In this document: piece by piece, positions 11,718-23,788 of the stretch | How positions within the stretch are numbered: the stretch's first letter is position 1 | How the letters are laid out: each line of letters begins with the position of its first letter | From: Novakomyces olei | Taxonomy: Eukaryota | NCBI GenBank assembly: GCA_016906335.1 | Contig: JADEYG010000009.1 | Location: 1,550,001 to 1,614,000 of the forward strand | Direction of reading: 5' to 3' | DNA length: 64,000 nucleotides | Translations under genes and position numbers: made by a program | Notes under the pieces: model-generated | What the model was told of the DNA's origin: nothing | Databases searched by the model: none | The model's input: the letters and a program-made list of their open reading frames with translations, nothing else

Positions 11718-11992
11718 TCATTTATTCATTAATTCATTTATTCATTTATTCATTTATTCATTTATTCATTTATTCATTTATTCATTTATTCATTTATTCA
11801 TTTATTCATTTATTCATTTATTCATTTATTCATTTATTCATTTATTCATTTATTCATTTATTCATTTATTCATTTATTCATTTATTCATTTATTCATTTA
11901 TTCATTTATTCATTTATTCATTTATTCATTTATTCATTTATTCATTTATTCATTTATTCATTTATTCATTTATTCATTTATTCATTTATTCA
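11718..11992. repeat. Microsatellite (TTCATTTA)n, about 34 copies
   Basis: Near-perfect 8-bp array starting about 40 bp upstream of the ATL1 ATG. Confidence 0.97.
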
Positions 11993-12146
11993 TATTGCGA
12001 AAGCCGACCTGGCATATTATGCGAATAATAAACCTGAATGTTCCTTTGTAATGCCGACAGCACAAATTCTCAAATATCCAACGATGTAGCAACAGATTAG
12101 ATAGTATATTGCTGATATATCTAATCGCTGCGTGTGTGTGTATATT

Positions 12147-12728
12147 TCACGTGCCAATTCCAAGCGCTTCAAGGCAGCAAAGCAAAACAGATTGGCTGTA
12201 TCTGACGCCGGTATCGCTAACTTTTCTAGCGCAATTGAGCAGCAGTCTATCCGTTGAAATATTTTCGTGTCGACGATTGCGCTTAAAGTCACTGTCAAGT
12301 GTATAATTTCTATTGTAAAAAGTCGCCAGCCACATGCAGCTTCTCCGCGTGGCCGATTTTAAGCATCGCTTCGGTGACATGTTGAATCGCTTCTGAGTAC
12401 AGTAGTTGTATGACGAATTATGTAGCCTGTTAAACGGGTCGCTTAATGTGGCCATAGCAAAAGCTTGAGTTTCAAAATCAGCCTGGCCAATGCTCTCTGC
12501 GGTTGTTCGTTTGTCTTTGCGAGTGAGGGCTATAGAAGGTGTATTAGTGTGAGAGGCTATGCTTTGAATCTTCACAGATGGCTCTCCAGTCAGTACTGGC
12601 TGATTAAAGGTCCTTTCAAGAGACACAGCAGACGCGGCTGCGCCTTGAACCTGGCGTGCAGAAATGCTATTTAGCGATTGCGTGAAAAGAACGAAGAATA
12701 ATGGTATGAAATGTGTGAAAGGACACAT
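12147..12728 (-). CDS. Possible orphan 193-aa ORF with hydrophobic N-terminus
   Basis: ATG start with A at -3 and 582 nt open; no recognisable family. Confidence 0.25.
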   Translation of the reverse strand: MCPFTHFIPLFFVLFTQSLNSISARQVQGAAASAVSLERTFNQPVLTGEPSVKIQSIASHTNTPSIALTRKDKRTTAESIGQADFETQAFAMATLSDPFNRLHNSSYNYCTQKRFNMSPKRCLKSATRRSCMWLATFYNRNYTLDSDFKRNRRHENISTDRLLLNCARKVSDTGVRYSQSVLLCCLEALGIGT

Positions 12729-14616
12729 TTATTGGCTCCAAAGGAAAAACAAATAGTCAAAGATAATATGGATTGATAGCTTGTGGATGATTGTTTAGTC
12801 GGACGAGACAGGACGAAGAAAATTAAAATACTGTGGCCACAGTCCGTCTATTTAATGCTCTATGCTTGGCCGCAATTTGCTCTTGTATTTTCTAGGTTTG
12901 ACAGATTGATTAGATAATTTTGTTTTATTTATACCATTTCTTGAGACACACGCCCTGACAAAGGCACAAAAGAAGTACTAGAGTATAATTTAAAAGACCC
13001 TGTAGTTACATTGTGTAACTGGTAAGATGAAACTTTTACGTGCGCGAGCGAATAAGAGACCGTACGATAAGAATGAGTCAGCCGTTGAAACGCATGTTTC
13101 AGATTAATGTTTTTGAGCAAATTAATATTGCGTAAGCAGATCAGCTAAAGACCAATCAGTATCGATTTATATTCATGTTTGTCAGTAGCGATAGTCGGCA
13201 AGCCTCGGTATATGCAAGGGACATGAGAATACAACAAATTTTTTATGCTTTCTGATGACGAATTCTTCTGCTAAAATTTCCTTGCAATTATCGTCGCCAT
13301 GAAGAATTAATCTACTACGGCCAGGCTTCTTGTCCAAGTGTACGACGACTGCGAGGATGCATCAATATTGTATATGCTCCGCGCGGCTCTCGCTTTTATA
13401 TTCTTCAAGTATACATCTCGTCCACAGTCGTCAGTAATTGAAGACCTCTATTTTCATTTTCTTATAATACGTAACTGTTGCTGTCTACTGGCATGGGCAT
13501 TTCTGCGCATGCATTTTGAGGAGTTTTTACAAGTTTTTACAATCGTAGAACACATTAGCTTCACCAGCATTTCACTATACAGATTTCACTGTAGCCAAGA
13601 ATAAGTTTTTCCGTGCACCACACCACTTTTGCTGGAAAAGTAATGAATGAATGCTTCGAGAGTGCGTCTACTAATTGCCCATTATTCTTGGGATCAAATA
13701 GCGGGGCAAAAACGCCGAATCAAAAAATCGTGTGGTTTTTCCCCTACTATTCTAAGAATATCGTATATATTCCGATAAAGTTTCGATAACGATTACATAA
13801 TCGGAGGATAGATATACGAATAAATAAATAGACCGAGTGCTCGAATACAGTAACTCCGCAGAAGAATGGAAAACGATACACAAGTCATACTTCTCGTGTT
13901 TACTTTATCTGCGTACGCGGGGACCTTTTGATTACGCAAGCGAATAAAAGCATTGTTCCAATCCTACATTATCGGCGTTTTTAAGTAATAAAAGGCAACT
14001 ATAACCGGGGAATATTTAATTTCCGGTGACGTCACCTCGTCAATTGATGCCAGGGAAGGGAGATGGGATGACTCGAGTCAGCAAATGGTGGGAAACTCGA
14101 AATAGTCCTGCCACGAACTCGGTCATCGAAGTGTGGAGATCGACGAATAAGGAAGGCTGCAGAACGTTCCGTGTTCCACATGGAAGGGTCTTGCGAAGAA
14201 GCCGACATGTGGCTTGGCAAGGTTTGTATCCTATAGTATTGTAATCGAATCGAAATATGGACTTATCTGTTGAATTAGACTCTATGTGGGCTGGCTGAAT
14301 ATTATGCGATACAATACTAGTCGGCCCCAAGACAATTAGACGAAAACCCCCGCTCTTATTTTCATAAATATACAAAGAATTATACTTTATATAGGATAAT
14401 TTTTGTTGCATAATTCGGATTGTTCTCCAATAGGAATGTTCTATTATAAGCGCACACCCTCGGTAGATCATCCATTTGGTCGCGAAATGGTAACCGTAAA
14501 GTTGGAGCGTCCGACGCCTCTGATTGGTGGAGGCGTTTGCTGCCCAGCAAAATATAAATACCCTTGTTTTTGCCACAAGTCAAACAATCGCTTTGGAAAA
14601 ACAAACAGTAGGAATC

Positions 14617-16360
14617 ATGGCACCTTGGAGCAATTGGTGGGGAGCGCGCGGTGTGCGCTTGAATATTCTCATTCTGCTGTTGGCGTCTAATGACTTTTTA
14701 TTGTTTGGTTATGACCAAGGAGTGATGGGCAGTTTGCTCATCAACGATAGCTTTCTGCGCCATTTCCCACAAGTAGACACGAGTAATACGGACATCTCTG
14801 TTTCGGAGCAAAATCACAATGCTATCATTCAGGGAGCCGCTATCGGCTCTTATACTCTTGGCTGCTTTGCGGGCGCACTGGCTATTCTCAAAATCGGTGA
14901 TCTCTTAGGCCGACGTCGCGTTATTTTCGTCGGCTCTATGTTCATGATTGTAGGCGCAGTGATTCAGTCTTCTTCCTTCAAACTTGGTCAGCTCATCGTT
15001 GGCCGAATCATTTCGGGAATAGGTAACGGTATGGATACTTCAACAGCTGGCGTTTGGCTCGGAGAGACGGCCCGTGCAAATGTCCGAGGAAAGCTTGTAA
15101 TGGTTGAAGGCGCTCTTATAACCGGAGGTATTTGCTTGTCGTATTGGATAGACTTTGGCTTTTATTTCACCTCTGGAGATATGCAATGGCGCTTTCCTAT
15201 TGCTTTCCAACTGCTTTTTGCCGTTATTCAATTCACATTTGTCCTTACTCTACCGGAGTCTCCACGTTGGCTGGTCAAGAAGGGAAGACATGAAGAGGCA
15301 TCAGCCATAATGGGCGCCCTTTTGGACTTGCCCGTCGATAGCAAAGAAGTCGAGAGTGAAATCACGTCTATTAGCGACACTCTTTCACAGACAACCGATT
15401 CGCTTAAATACTTATTTCACAATGGCCCTAATAAGCATTTCCATCGCGTTGCTCTGGCTTACATTATTCAAATGTTCCAGCAAATTTCCGGTATCAATCT
15501 CATCACTTATTATGCCGGAACAATATACAAGCAGTCAATTGGACTTGGTGACATCCAGTCTCGTGTTCTTGCTGCCTGTAATGGTACAGAGTACTTTATG
15601 GCTTCTTGGATTGCTTTCTTCACAATTGAGCGCTATGGCCGTCGGCCGCTCATGCTGTTTGGCGCTATCGGCATGTCTCTGTCCATGGCGGTACTCGCTG
15701 GAACAACTTCCCCTGGATTTGCGAACCCGGGTAGCGATGTTGCCAATAAAGCAGGCATAGGTGCCTCTGTGTTTTTGTTTGTGGTATGATGCCTTTTTAT
15801 TAATTTGTTATTTTTATCAATTTGCTCATTTTTATAATTTGTTTTTCGACGAAGCTAATCCACAGTTCAACACGTTTTTTGCGATTGGTTGGCTCGGGAT
15901 GACATGGCTTTACCCCGCAGAAGTTGTCTCATTGCAGATTCGAGCGCCGGCAAACGGTCTCTCGACTTCGGCAAACTGGATTTTCAACTGGCTGATCGTG
16001 TTTGTTACACCAATCATGTTTAACAATATTCACGAGTATACTTACGTCGTGTTTGCTGTCATTAACGGTCTCATTATTCTTCCGATTACTTATTGGTTCT
16101 TCCCGGAAACAAAAGGCCGCAGCCTCGAGGAAATTGATCTCATTTTCGCTCAGTCACGTGGTCTGCATGACGTCGTTCGTGTTGCAAACAGTATGCCCAA
16201 ACAGTCCCAAGCTGAGCTCGATCGGGCCTTCCATGAGATTGGTCTTGGAGGACCCAAGGATCCCAATAACATGGGCAATGGTGCCGCGATGCATATCGAA
16301 GACACTACTGCTTCGTCCAACGGAAGCAATCAGGAGGAAAAGGCTGATCGTATGCCGTAA
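14617..16360 (+). CDS. MFS sugar porter, STL1-like (glycerol or polyol/H+ symporter); exons 14617-15783, 15866-16360
   Basis: LFGYDQGVMG, GRRR, PESPRWL, QQISGINLITYY, FNTFFAIGWLGMTWLYPAE and PETKGRSLEEID motifs. Intron GTATGA..CTAATCCACAG. Confidence 0.93.
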
Positions 16361-17058
16361 TCTGATGTTTAGTATCGTGTATTTTATTTAATCTCGATTG
16401 TTTTTGCCTTTTGCGACGGACGGTTCATGAATGGGATTACCTTGTGGTTACGCTGTACACACAATTTGCTAGAATTAGGTGTAAATAATACACAAATGTT
16501 TGATTAAAGCTGAGTGGCCTTGTTAATTGTACTATTGTAATAGTCGGTGATTGTATTTATAGTCGAGAGCCAAAGCTGCGACCCTTTGTTCGTCTTTTGG
16601 GGATCTGGAGACTACACGTCCTGTCTAACGCTCTGCGATCCGCCAAGCAGCAATCTTGCATTTTGGGTCCCAAGTCGATATCAGTATATCGTTGATTGCC
16701 TTGGAAATTGGACCTAAATCAGAAATTGCTCAATCTTGACAGTTTTTATTTATTTACTCCTGATAGTATTTTTTACTGTTGACAGTATTAATTTAGGGTC
16801 AGTCAAGTCTACTGCTTGATTGCACTGAAGTTAGAATATGTTTTCCCCAATTTGGTACGATCTTATCGTGCGAAATATTCCCTCTGGCAGCCTAGAAAAC
16901 CCTGCCTATAATAGCCACGCATATATGCACTAGTATGCATATTTTCCGCAGTCTGAGCACATAATGACATAATAGGTACATCATTTGCATGTACGCGATA
17001 TAAAAGACGCGAGATCCAACTCGACAGCTAAAACTAGATTTGAGTCTACGCAATCAAT

Positions 17059-17316
17059 ATGAGTGGCAAGGCAACTTCAGAGGGCACAAAAGTTACGACA
17101 GATCCGGAATCGTCTACGACTAAAGGACAAAGCACAGGGCCTGTCGCTCCCGAGTCTTTGGCGGGGCAATCGCTGGCAACTGGAGGCAAGTTCAACGACG
17201 GTCAGGCGCCAAATAGCACGTCAGTAGGCAACTTGCCTGACCCGAATAACCTTCAAAAGGTTAGCCAGCTGCCGTTGGAGGATATATCTGCATTTGGGAA
17301 AGAAGGCAACAAGTAA
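17059..17316 (+). CDS. Small hydrophilic Gly/Ser/Thr-rich fungal protein of unknown function
   Basis: TATAAAAG at about 16999 and good ATG context. GPVAPESLAGQSLATGGKF resembles a recurring fungal hypothetical-protein motif (recalled, not searched). Confidence 0.6.
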   Translation: MSGKATSEGTKVTTDPESSTTKGQSTGPVAPESLAGQSLATGGKFNDGQAPNSTSVGNLPDPNNLQKVSQLPLEDISAFGKEGNK

Positions 17317-18397
17317 ATTGCAAATTGCAAATTGCCCGGCCAATGTTATGTATACAGCATCTTTTGTTTAGACACGTCCAAGGTGCTTGTGGTCGTGAAG
17401 ACAATTTAAACAAAGTTTTTTACGATTGAACTTTCAGAATAGCACAGTTGACCAAGCCGCTTTTTTATGGTGTACCTGACGATGTAATTATAATGGAAAT
17501 CATGAATTTCATGAATTTGGTGCCTTGCATGCTTTGTGCAGCACATTTCACGAGATTGGGCCTGTTGCGAGACAACGATTCGCCATTAAAATAAAGACTC
17601 GTGCCTGCTTTTATATTCAATTTAAATAATAAGATTGTTATTGGTTTTCGATAGATTTAGTCAGTGGACATTCAATGGACACATTGTTGTACTGTCGACT
17701 AATGCATCAACGTGACACCAAATGCCTTCTGCCGAACGTTAGTTCGCAGAGCGGTCCATCAAACAAAGACAATAGGTTTAAGTGGGTAAAGAAATAATAC
17801 GGTAGTCACTATTCTTGCACTGCAATTATTCTGACGTACGACTAACTACTGGCAAATATGGTGAATACGATAGATGTTCTTTATCAATCTCGCACCAGAG
17901 CAATTGTAGAAATGATGTGCATTAATGGTGAGCAAATTAGAATCAACAATTCAGAACCAGCTAGACGGTGTAAACTATAAAGTAAATTGAATTTATAATA
18001 TAAAACATCGTAATAATACAACTATATCGGTCTAATGATATTAATAAATACTAGTACCTTTGAATTTTTGCTCTTGTAAAGTTGACCTTCGAGGGGCATC
18101 TTTTGTCTCGTCCGTAGCCTATAAAGTAATACAAGGCGTGTTCAACAAAATTGGTTTTGTTCTATAATTCCACTCGGTGGACAAGCAAATAAATCAAAAC
18201 CTGAAAATATATAATATGCACTCCGTTTAGTTTTCTTACATGTAGAATAGTTAGGGATAAATATGATATATGTACTACGTTAATTATAGAGGATATTTCG
18301 ATAAAAGCGCCGCCATTAGACAGCCAAAACAGCCACTTTCCTAGCCCCTCATCACCATTACAACCCTATTCTTGTAAAAACTCACATCTTCTCTCCA

Positions 18398-20117
18398 TTA
18401 ACTCGCCAAAATTTCGTCAAGAACATTAGCCAGTTCCACTCTTTCGTTCCAATAAGCATCGTCCTTGCCATTGTTCTCGTATATATTGTACAATTGCTCA
18501 TGCTGCTGATCATTTTGTGTAGTAATATTATTCTGGTCAGCACGCTGAATCGAATACACATCCGTATCATGGCTCAAGGCAGAACGAGAAAGGCCTTGGC
18601 TCGGTTCAGCAGAGCCCGCTTCATCAATCGAATCCAGTTGCGAATCAAAATATTCATTCGCCATTGACAATTCCAGTCTTTTCTGCGCTGGTTGCGCCTC
18701 AACAAGCCGGTGTGGCTGGATCGTCCAACCCACGTCCAATTCTGTTGGAGTGAGAGAGTTTTGTTCAATAGGCCTATCTTTCCGAGAGGCATCATTCGAA
18801 GAGTCTTGCCCTCCTTCCAAATCGTCATCCATGCCTTGCATGCTCTCGTCCGAGTATCCCCGTGCATTTTGGATAACAGCAGAGAGATTGTTTTTTAAGT
18901 GGTTTTCAAGACCCGCCATAACGATCTCTAAAACATCCTCCGTAATGCCACCCAAGAGTCCGTGCTCAAGAGCAATGGACAACATGCGTTCTCGTAAAAC
19001 TTCGTTGTCAGGAAGTAGCCGGCTTTCGCTAGCCAAAGGCACCAAATATCCTTTCTGAACATCATTCGCATAGACTGCTGTTAGAAATGGTAAAATCAAA
19101 ATTATATATATTTATGTATCAGTCTTACCAGAGTTTGATCGATCCTTGGTGACGGGAATTTTAGGCAACCGTACAATACGTGTTTCGATAAGGACGCCGG
19201 GTTGTGGAGGCGGCCGCTTCTTTGGATCCTGAAAATACTATGAGTACATGCAAATATTATGTATCACTTACCCGAATCATGCTCTTGATCCGTTTCCTTT
19301 CTCGGTAAGATAGGGCCATCACATCGGCCTTTAATTTTTTTGCCCGCAGTGAGGCAGGCTTGCGCTTGTGCACAGCATCTTTACGCTTCCGTTTGCTCCA
19401 TCCCGGCGCTATAACACTGCCCTGTGGAGGATTTCGAAACGTGTTGGCCAGAATTCCCAGAACGGCTTCATTATGAAGCGTAGCTTTATTGATTAGAGTT
19501 GATTTCAGTGGAAAAGAAGATATAAAGAACGAATACAAAAAAGGACAAATGCACAAAAGGACAAATGCAAAAAACAAATGCAGAAAGAACAATGAAAAGA
19601 ATAACAAACATCAAACATTAAACATGAAACATGAAACACCGAAACAAATTGTGAAATGAATATTTAAAGAAGAATATTTAAAGAAAAATTAAAAAACAAT
19701 CGAATAAAGAAAATTGTAGTAATGAGATAGTATACCAAATCTAGGATACGCGGAAACAAAAGGAGCAAACTGCTCATCCAACTCTTGTCGAGCCAATTTC
19801 CCTGTCATAAATTCATAGACAATATCTTGGTAAGCCGGCCAATCCTGCTGCAGCATAGATCGTAGTTGGTTCAATGGCGCTTCAACATTAACCCTCATGT
19901 TTCCACGTCCAGACTGCACAGGTCGCGATTTTGATGGTGTCGCGCTTGCCGAAGAAGCCGGTGCCAGCGTTGCGGCTTCCATCGCGCTCGATGATTTTGG
20001 TGTTCCATTAGTCAACACGGTATCTGCGCTGGTGTCGATTTCACCGTCTACGCTCGATGTAGTCGAGGGTTTAGGCTCTTCTAGCTGTAATAGATCTGTG
20101 CCATTTGTTGATCGCAT
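18398..20117 (-). CDS. HFI1: SAGA subunit Hfi1/Ada1; exons 20117-19736, 19483-19272, 19228-19129, about 19074-18398
   Basis: Y..IVYEFMTGKLARQEL, LHNEAVLGILAN, ERKRIK and PLASESRLLPD..LRERMLSIALEHGLLGGI motifs; three in-frame introns. Confidence 0.9.
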
Positions 20118-20340
20118 TCTTCACTAAAAGACAGCAGATCAAAGGCAGTTCGCACAGGCCGGCCACTGAAAAGTCTTGAATTTCTAAAGCGGCCTCGTCC
20201 CCAGTGTATAGAGTAAATAGGACATTTGCTTTGTCGATAGAGGCCCTGCCTCTTGTCTGCCCTTGTGATTGTGATAACTATTCTGTACCAATTAATGGAT
20301 ATTATTTATTCAATTGTTTTGGAGATGTGTATTGATGATT

Positions 20341-20500
20341 ATATTTATTATATTTATTATATTTATTATATTTATTATATTTATTATATTTATTATATTT
20401 ATTATATTTATTATATTTATTATATTTATTATATTTATTATATTTATTATATTTATTATATTTATTATATTTATTATATTTATTATATTTATTATATTTA
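20341..20500. repeat. Microsatellite (ATATTTATT)n, about 17 copies
   Basis: 9-bp array in the HFI1/RPS5 divergent promoter. Confidence 0.97.
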
Positions 20501-20774
20501 TTTATTAACTATTATTCATTTGCTCTTATTTATAGAGAGTGCATTTAAAGTTACTTTATAATAGTGATAACCCGCCCGCGCCCTAATTCATACTATAATA
20601 AACAACAGTAATTATTTGGCTGACTTGTATCGCCGTACGCTTTTAGCATTACTTTGCAAAACATCAGTATACAGTCCATCTACAAACTATGTAATAATCA
20701 TTATTACTGTTCAGTATGCACATGTACATCATGTTGATTTCATGAATATTTTATAGTGCAGAATTTGGGTTCAT

Positions 20775-20799
20775 CTAGGGCTAACCCTAAGCAGTCACA
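20775..20799 (+). promoter_or_regulatory. Ribosomal-protein promoter: inverted Tbf1-type site CTAGGGCTAACCCTAA plus Homol-D box CAGTCACA
   Basis: Both motifs are adjacent, about 60-85 bp upstream of the RPS5 5'-UTR intron. Confidence 0.75.
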
Positions 20800-20915
20800 C
20801 ACACTTGCTTGCTATCTAAACATAGACCGAGTATACACAAGGTCCAAAGCAAATACGAGGTAGGTCTGAATCGCGATTAGAGCGTGGCAGTATTGCGAGG
20901 AACTAACGTGAATAG

Positions 20916-21545
20916 ATGGCGGCAGAAGTTTTCAACCACCAGGCGCAACTGCCGGCGGAGATCAAGGAGGGCACTGGCCTGCGCCTCTTCAACAAATGGT
21001 CATACGACGATATTGAGGTCAAAGATATTTCATTGCAGGATTATATCTCTCTTGGAAATGCTGCGGGCCAACCGTTGCCTCACACTTTGGGTCGATTCCA
21101 GACGAAGCGTTTCCGGAAGGCTCGCATGTTTATCGTTGAGCGTTTGACCAACTCGCTCATGATGAATGGACGCAACAACGGCAAGAAGCTACTGGCAAAC
21201 CGTATCGTCAAGCACGCTTTCGATATTATCAACTTGTTGACGGATCAGAACCCGATCCAAGTAACCGTTGATGCCGTTGTTAACTGCGGTGTCCGTGAAG
21301 ACTCTACCCGTATTGGTTCAGCTGGTACTGTTCGTCGCCAGGCTGTTGATGTTTCCCCTCTGCGCCGTGTGAACCAGGCTATTTCTCTCATCACTATCGG
21401 TGCCCGTGAGGCTTCTTTCCGCAACATCAAGACTATCTCTGAGTGCCTTGCTGAGGAGCTTATTAACGCTGCAAAGGGCTCTTCGAACTCTTATGCTATC
21501 AAGAAGAAGGACGAGCTTGAGCGTGTGGCCAAGTCTAACCGATAA
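20916..21545 (+). CDS. RPS5: 40S ribosomal protein S5 (uS7); 5'-UTR intron 20860-20915
   Basis: Highly conserved sequence, including [25 protein letters not shown] and [14 protein letters not shown]. Confidence 0.98.
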   Translation: MAAEVFNHQAQLPAEIKEGTGLRLFNKWSYDDIEVKDISLQDYISLGNAAGQPLPHTLGRFQTKRFRKARMFIVERLTNSLMMNGRNNGKKLLANRIVKHAFDIINLLTDQNPIQVTVDAVVNCGVREDSTRIGSAGTVRRQAVDVSPLRRVNQAISLITIGAREASFRNIKTISECLAEELINAAKGSSNSYAIKKKDELERVAKSNR

Positions 21546-21998
21546 TTGCATACCATATATGTATTTTCAAACAATAAAGACAAATTACATATTCTAAAGT
21601 TGGTTTGTGTTCGAATACACGAGTAGAAATTTGCCAGTAGGACACGGGGTAGTGAGTAGAGAAAGCGGGCTTTACGTCCTACACTGCGGAGTGTAACAGA
21701 GTACATTTATATTAGGAATGGAGAGGTTTGTCTTGTAATAAATTTATTATTTACAAACACGAATAAACGTATATAATAATAACCGTCGGCTTATTATAAC
21801 TAGACCAATTAATGCCGTCGGATCGAAAAGAGCGAATATACATGCCAGAGATAAGTGAATCTTGAAAATTTCCTGTCAAACCCAAATTTTACCAAACCAT
21901 TGACTAAATTATATCTCGATTACGAAATTGCCCGTTGCAAGATCGGACTTGCCCGTCAGTAAATCAACTGATAAACCCTAGTGTTACCGAATGGCATC

Positions 21999-23427
21999 TC
22001 AAGTCGACTTTCCGTCCAGCTTTGAAACTTGCTCTGGTGGATCGTACAAGATCATAGTGTCAAAGACTCCGTCCCAGAATTTGCTTGTGACCCCGAAACC
22101 CTGCTCGTAGTTCCGGTAGTGATGATCCATGTGGTACGCTTTCATTTTCACCAAGTGGTCCACAAAGAGTCTGTTTATATTAGTACAGAGTTTGTAAACC
22201 GCGGAAGGGTAACCGAGTATAAACGTGTAAATACATAAAATAAAGAGCAAATAATTAGATATTATAAATACCTCTTGTGGTGTAAGAAATAGTGGCAGCA
22301 ATCGTAGCAGATATAGCCCAGGATCCCACCGCAGTAGATAGGCAGAGCAAACTTGTAGGGGAAAATAAAAGTAGCCAGTCGCCACCAAGGGTAGGCAAAA
22401 GCCAAGAACAATGTTGGCGGCATGACTAGACGCATACGATCCATGGGCAGGTAATGGTGCACACCATGGAATAAAAAGTGCATAGTAATAGCAAATCGAT
22501 TATCCGGGAGATAGTCGTCCAAGTGAAATAAGAATCGATGCATAATGTACTCCACCAGTGTCCAAACGCACAGTCCAACAAAAAAGAGTGTGGCTACGAC
22601 GTTGAGCGGAAGCTCTCGTAGAGCCAGGGAGACGCCATAGCACACACAAGGCAGCCAGACTGACGGGACAACATACCACGGTGTCAGTGAAAGAGGCTCC
22701 AGGAAATTGCCAAACAAAGGTGCAGAGCCACCGACGTAATGGCGTGGCCGGTGTACTTGATCGAGGTAGAACTCCTTGGAAAAGTTACCGAAAAATACTT
22801 GTTTCAAGAGCGGCCGTGACAGATCAAGAAACTTGTTTTTCTTGAAATCATCCGTGATATCAGTCGAGCGTTGGCGGTCATCCTCGCCGATATTGAGCTG
22901 CGTAATATGTCGGAAAACGGGTACATTCACAACTTCGTTGGGGACAACTTTACTGTAGTCAATCTCAATCTCGTCCACTTTAATTGCCTCGTCTTTAAGG
23001 GATACTTGAGGCTCTGCTGCCACGCGTCCAATAGCAAACTCGCTCAAAATCTCGTAAGCAGACTCTGTGTGCTCGTGAGAAAGGCCGTCTCGCATTATAT
23101 GCGAAACGTTTCGGCCCGCATACTCCAGAATCAAGTCTGCCCCGCCGGGCTAAATATTATTAGCGTCTGTAAAGGACAAGAAAACTGTCTAGTTTTTCAT
23201 AGACAGCGGCCACTGCCATCAAAAGAGCGCTACCAGATCTAACAGATCCTTGACGACGGCGATTTTGTCTTTTGCCAGGAGCAATAAAGCAAACTTACGT
23301 GGTCTTCGAGGAACGGTGTAATATCGTAAACAGTGCCCTCGTCGTCAAACACCCAGCATGAAGACGAGGCTGAGTGCGCAGAAACTTCGGCGGGCGAGAA
23401 AACTGCTGAGGGCGCTGAGGGCGCCAT
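21999..23427 (-). CDS. SCS7: Ceramide/fatty-acid 2-hydroxylase; exons 23427-23299, 23149-22272, 22170-21999
   Basis: Cytochrome b5 HPGG is rebuilt across intron 1; His boxes HRFLFH, HGVHH, HYFLHH and YHMDHHY; GFGVTSKFWD. Confidence 0.95.
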
Positions 23428-23639
23428 TTCAGACACAAACAAAGAAGGTTTCTGACGACTGAAAAAGCAAACAAATCACGATAAACCAAATTTATCGGAC
23501 GATCGTTGCAGACAGAGGCAGATAAGTCTACACCGAAAATGGTGTTTTCCCGTTGTAATATAAAACGCGAGATTTTTAATTATACATATCTCATTTTGTA
23601 TGTATGAACCCATTTGTACACGAGCAAGCAAGTATACAA

Positions 23640-23733
23640 GTAAGAAAAGTAAGAACTTAAGAAAGTAGGAGAGTAAGAAAGTAAGAAAGTAAGAAAGTAG
23701 GAGAGTAAGAAAGTAAGAAGGTAAACAGTATAC

Positions 23734-23787
<54 letters not shown>
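23640..23787. repeat. (AAGTAAGA)n-like array followed by an uninterrupted poly(A) of about 53 nt (23735-23787)
   Basis: Directly visible, upstream of SCS7. Confidence 0.9.

Positions 23788-23788
<1 letters not shown>

Noticed and set aside
11680-12051. ORFs made of repeated peptides (FIHLFIYS, YIY, IDL, FYCHFIAILLP and similar, also at 20253, 40110, 46665, 48222 and 51121)
   Set aside because: They are translations of microsatellites, several inside introns.
14040-14616. 178-aa minus-strand ORF and the 14524 extension of the transporter
   Set aside because: Non-ATG starts over promoter sequence; the first in-frame ATG is 14617.
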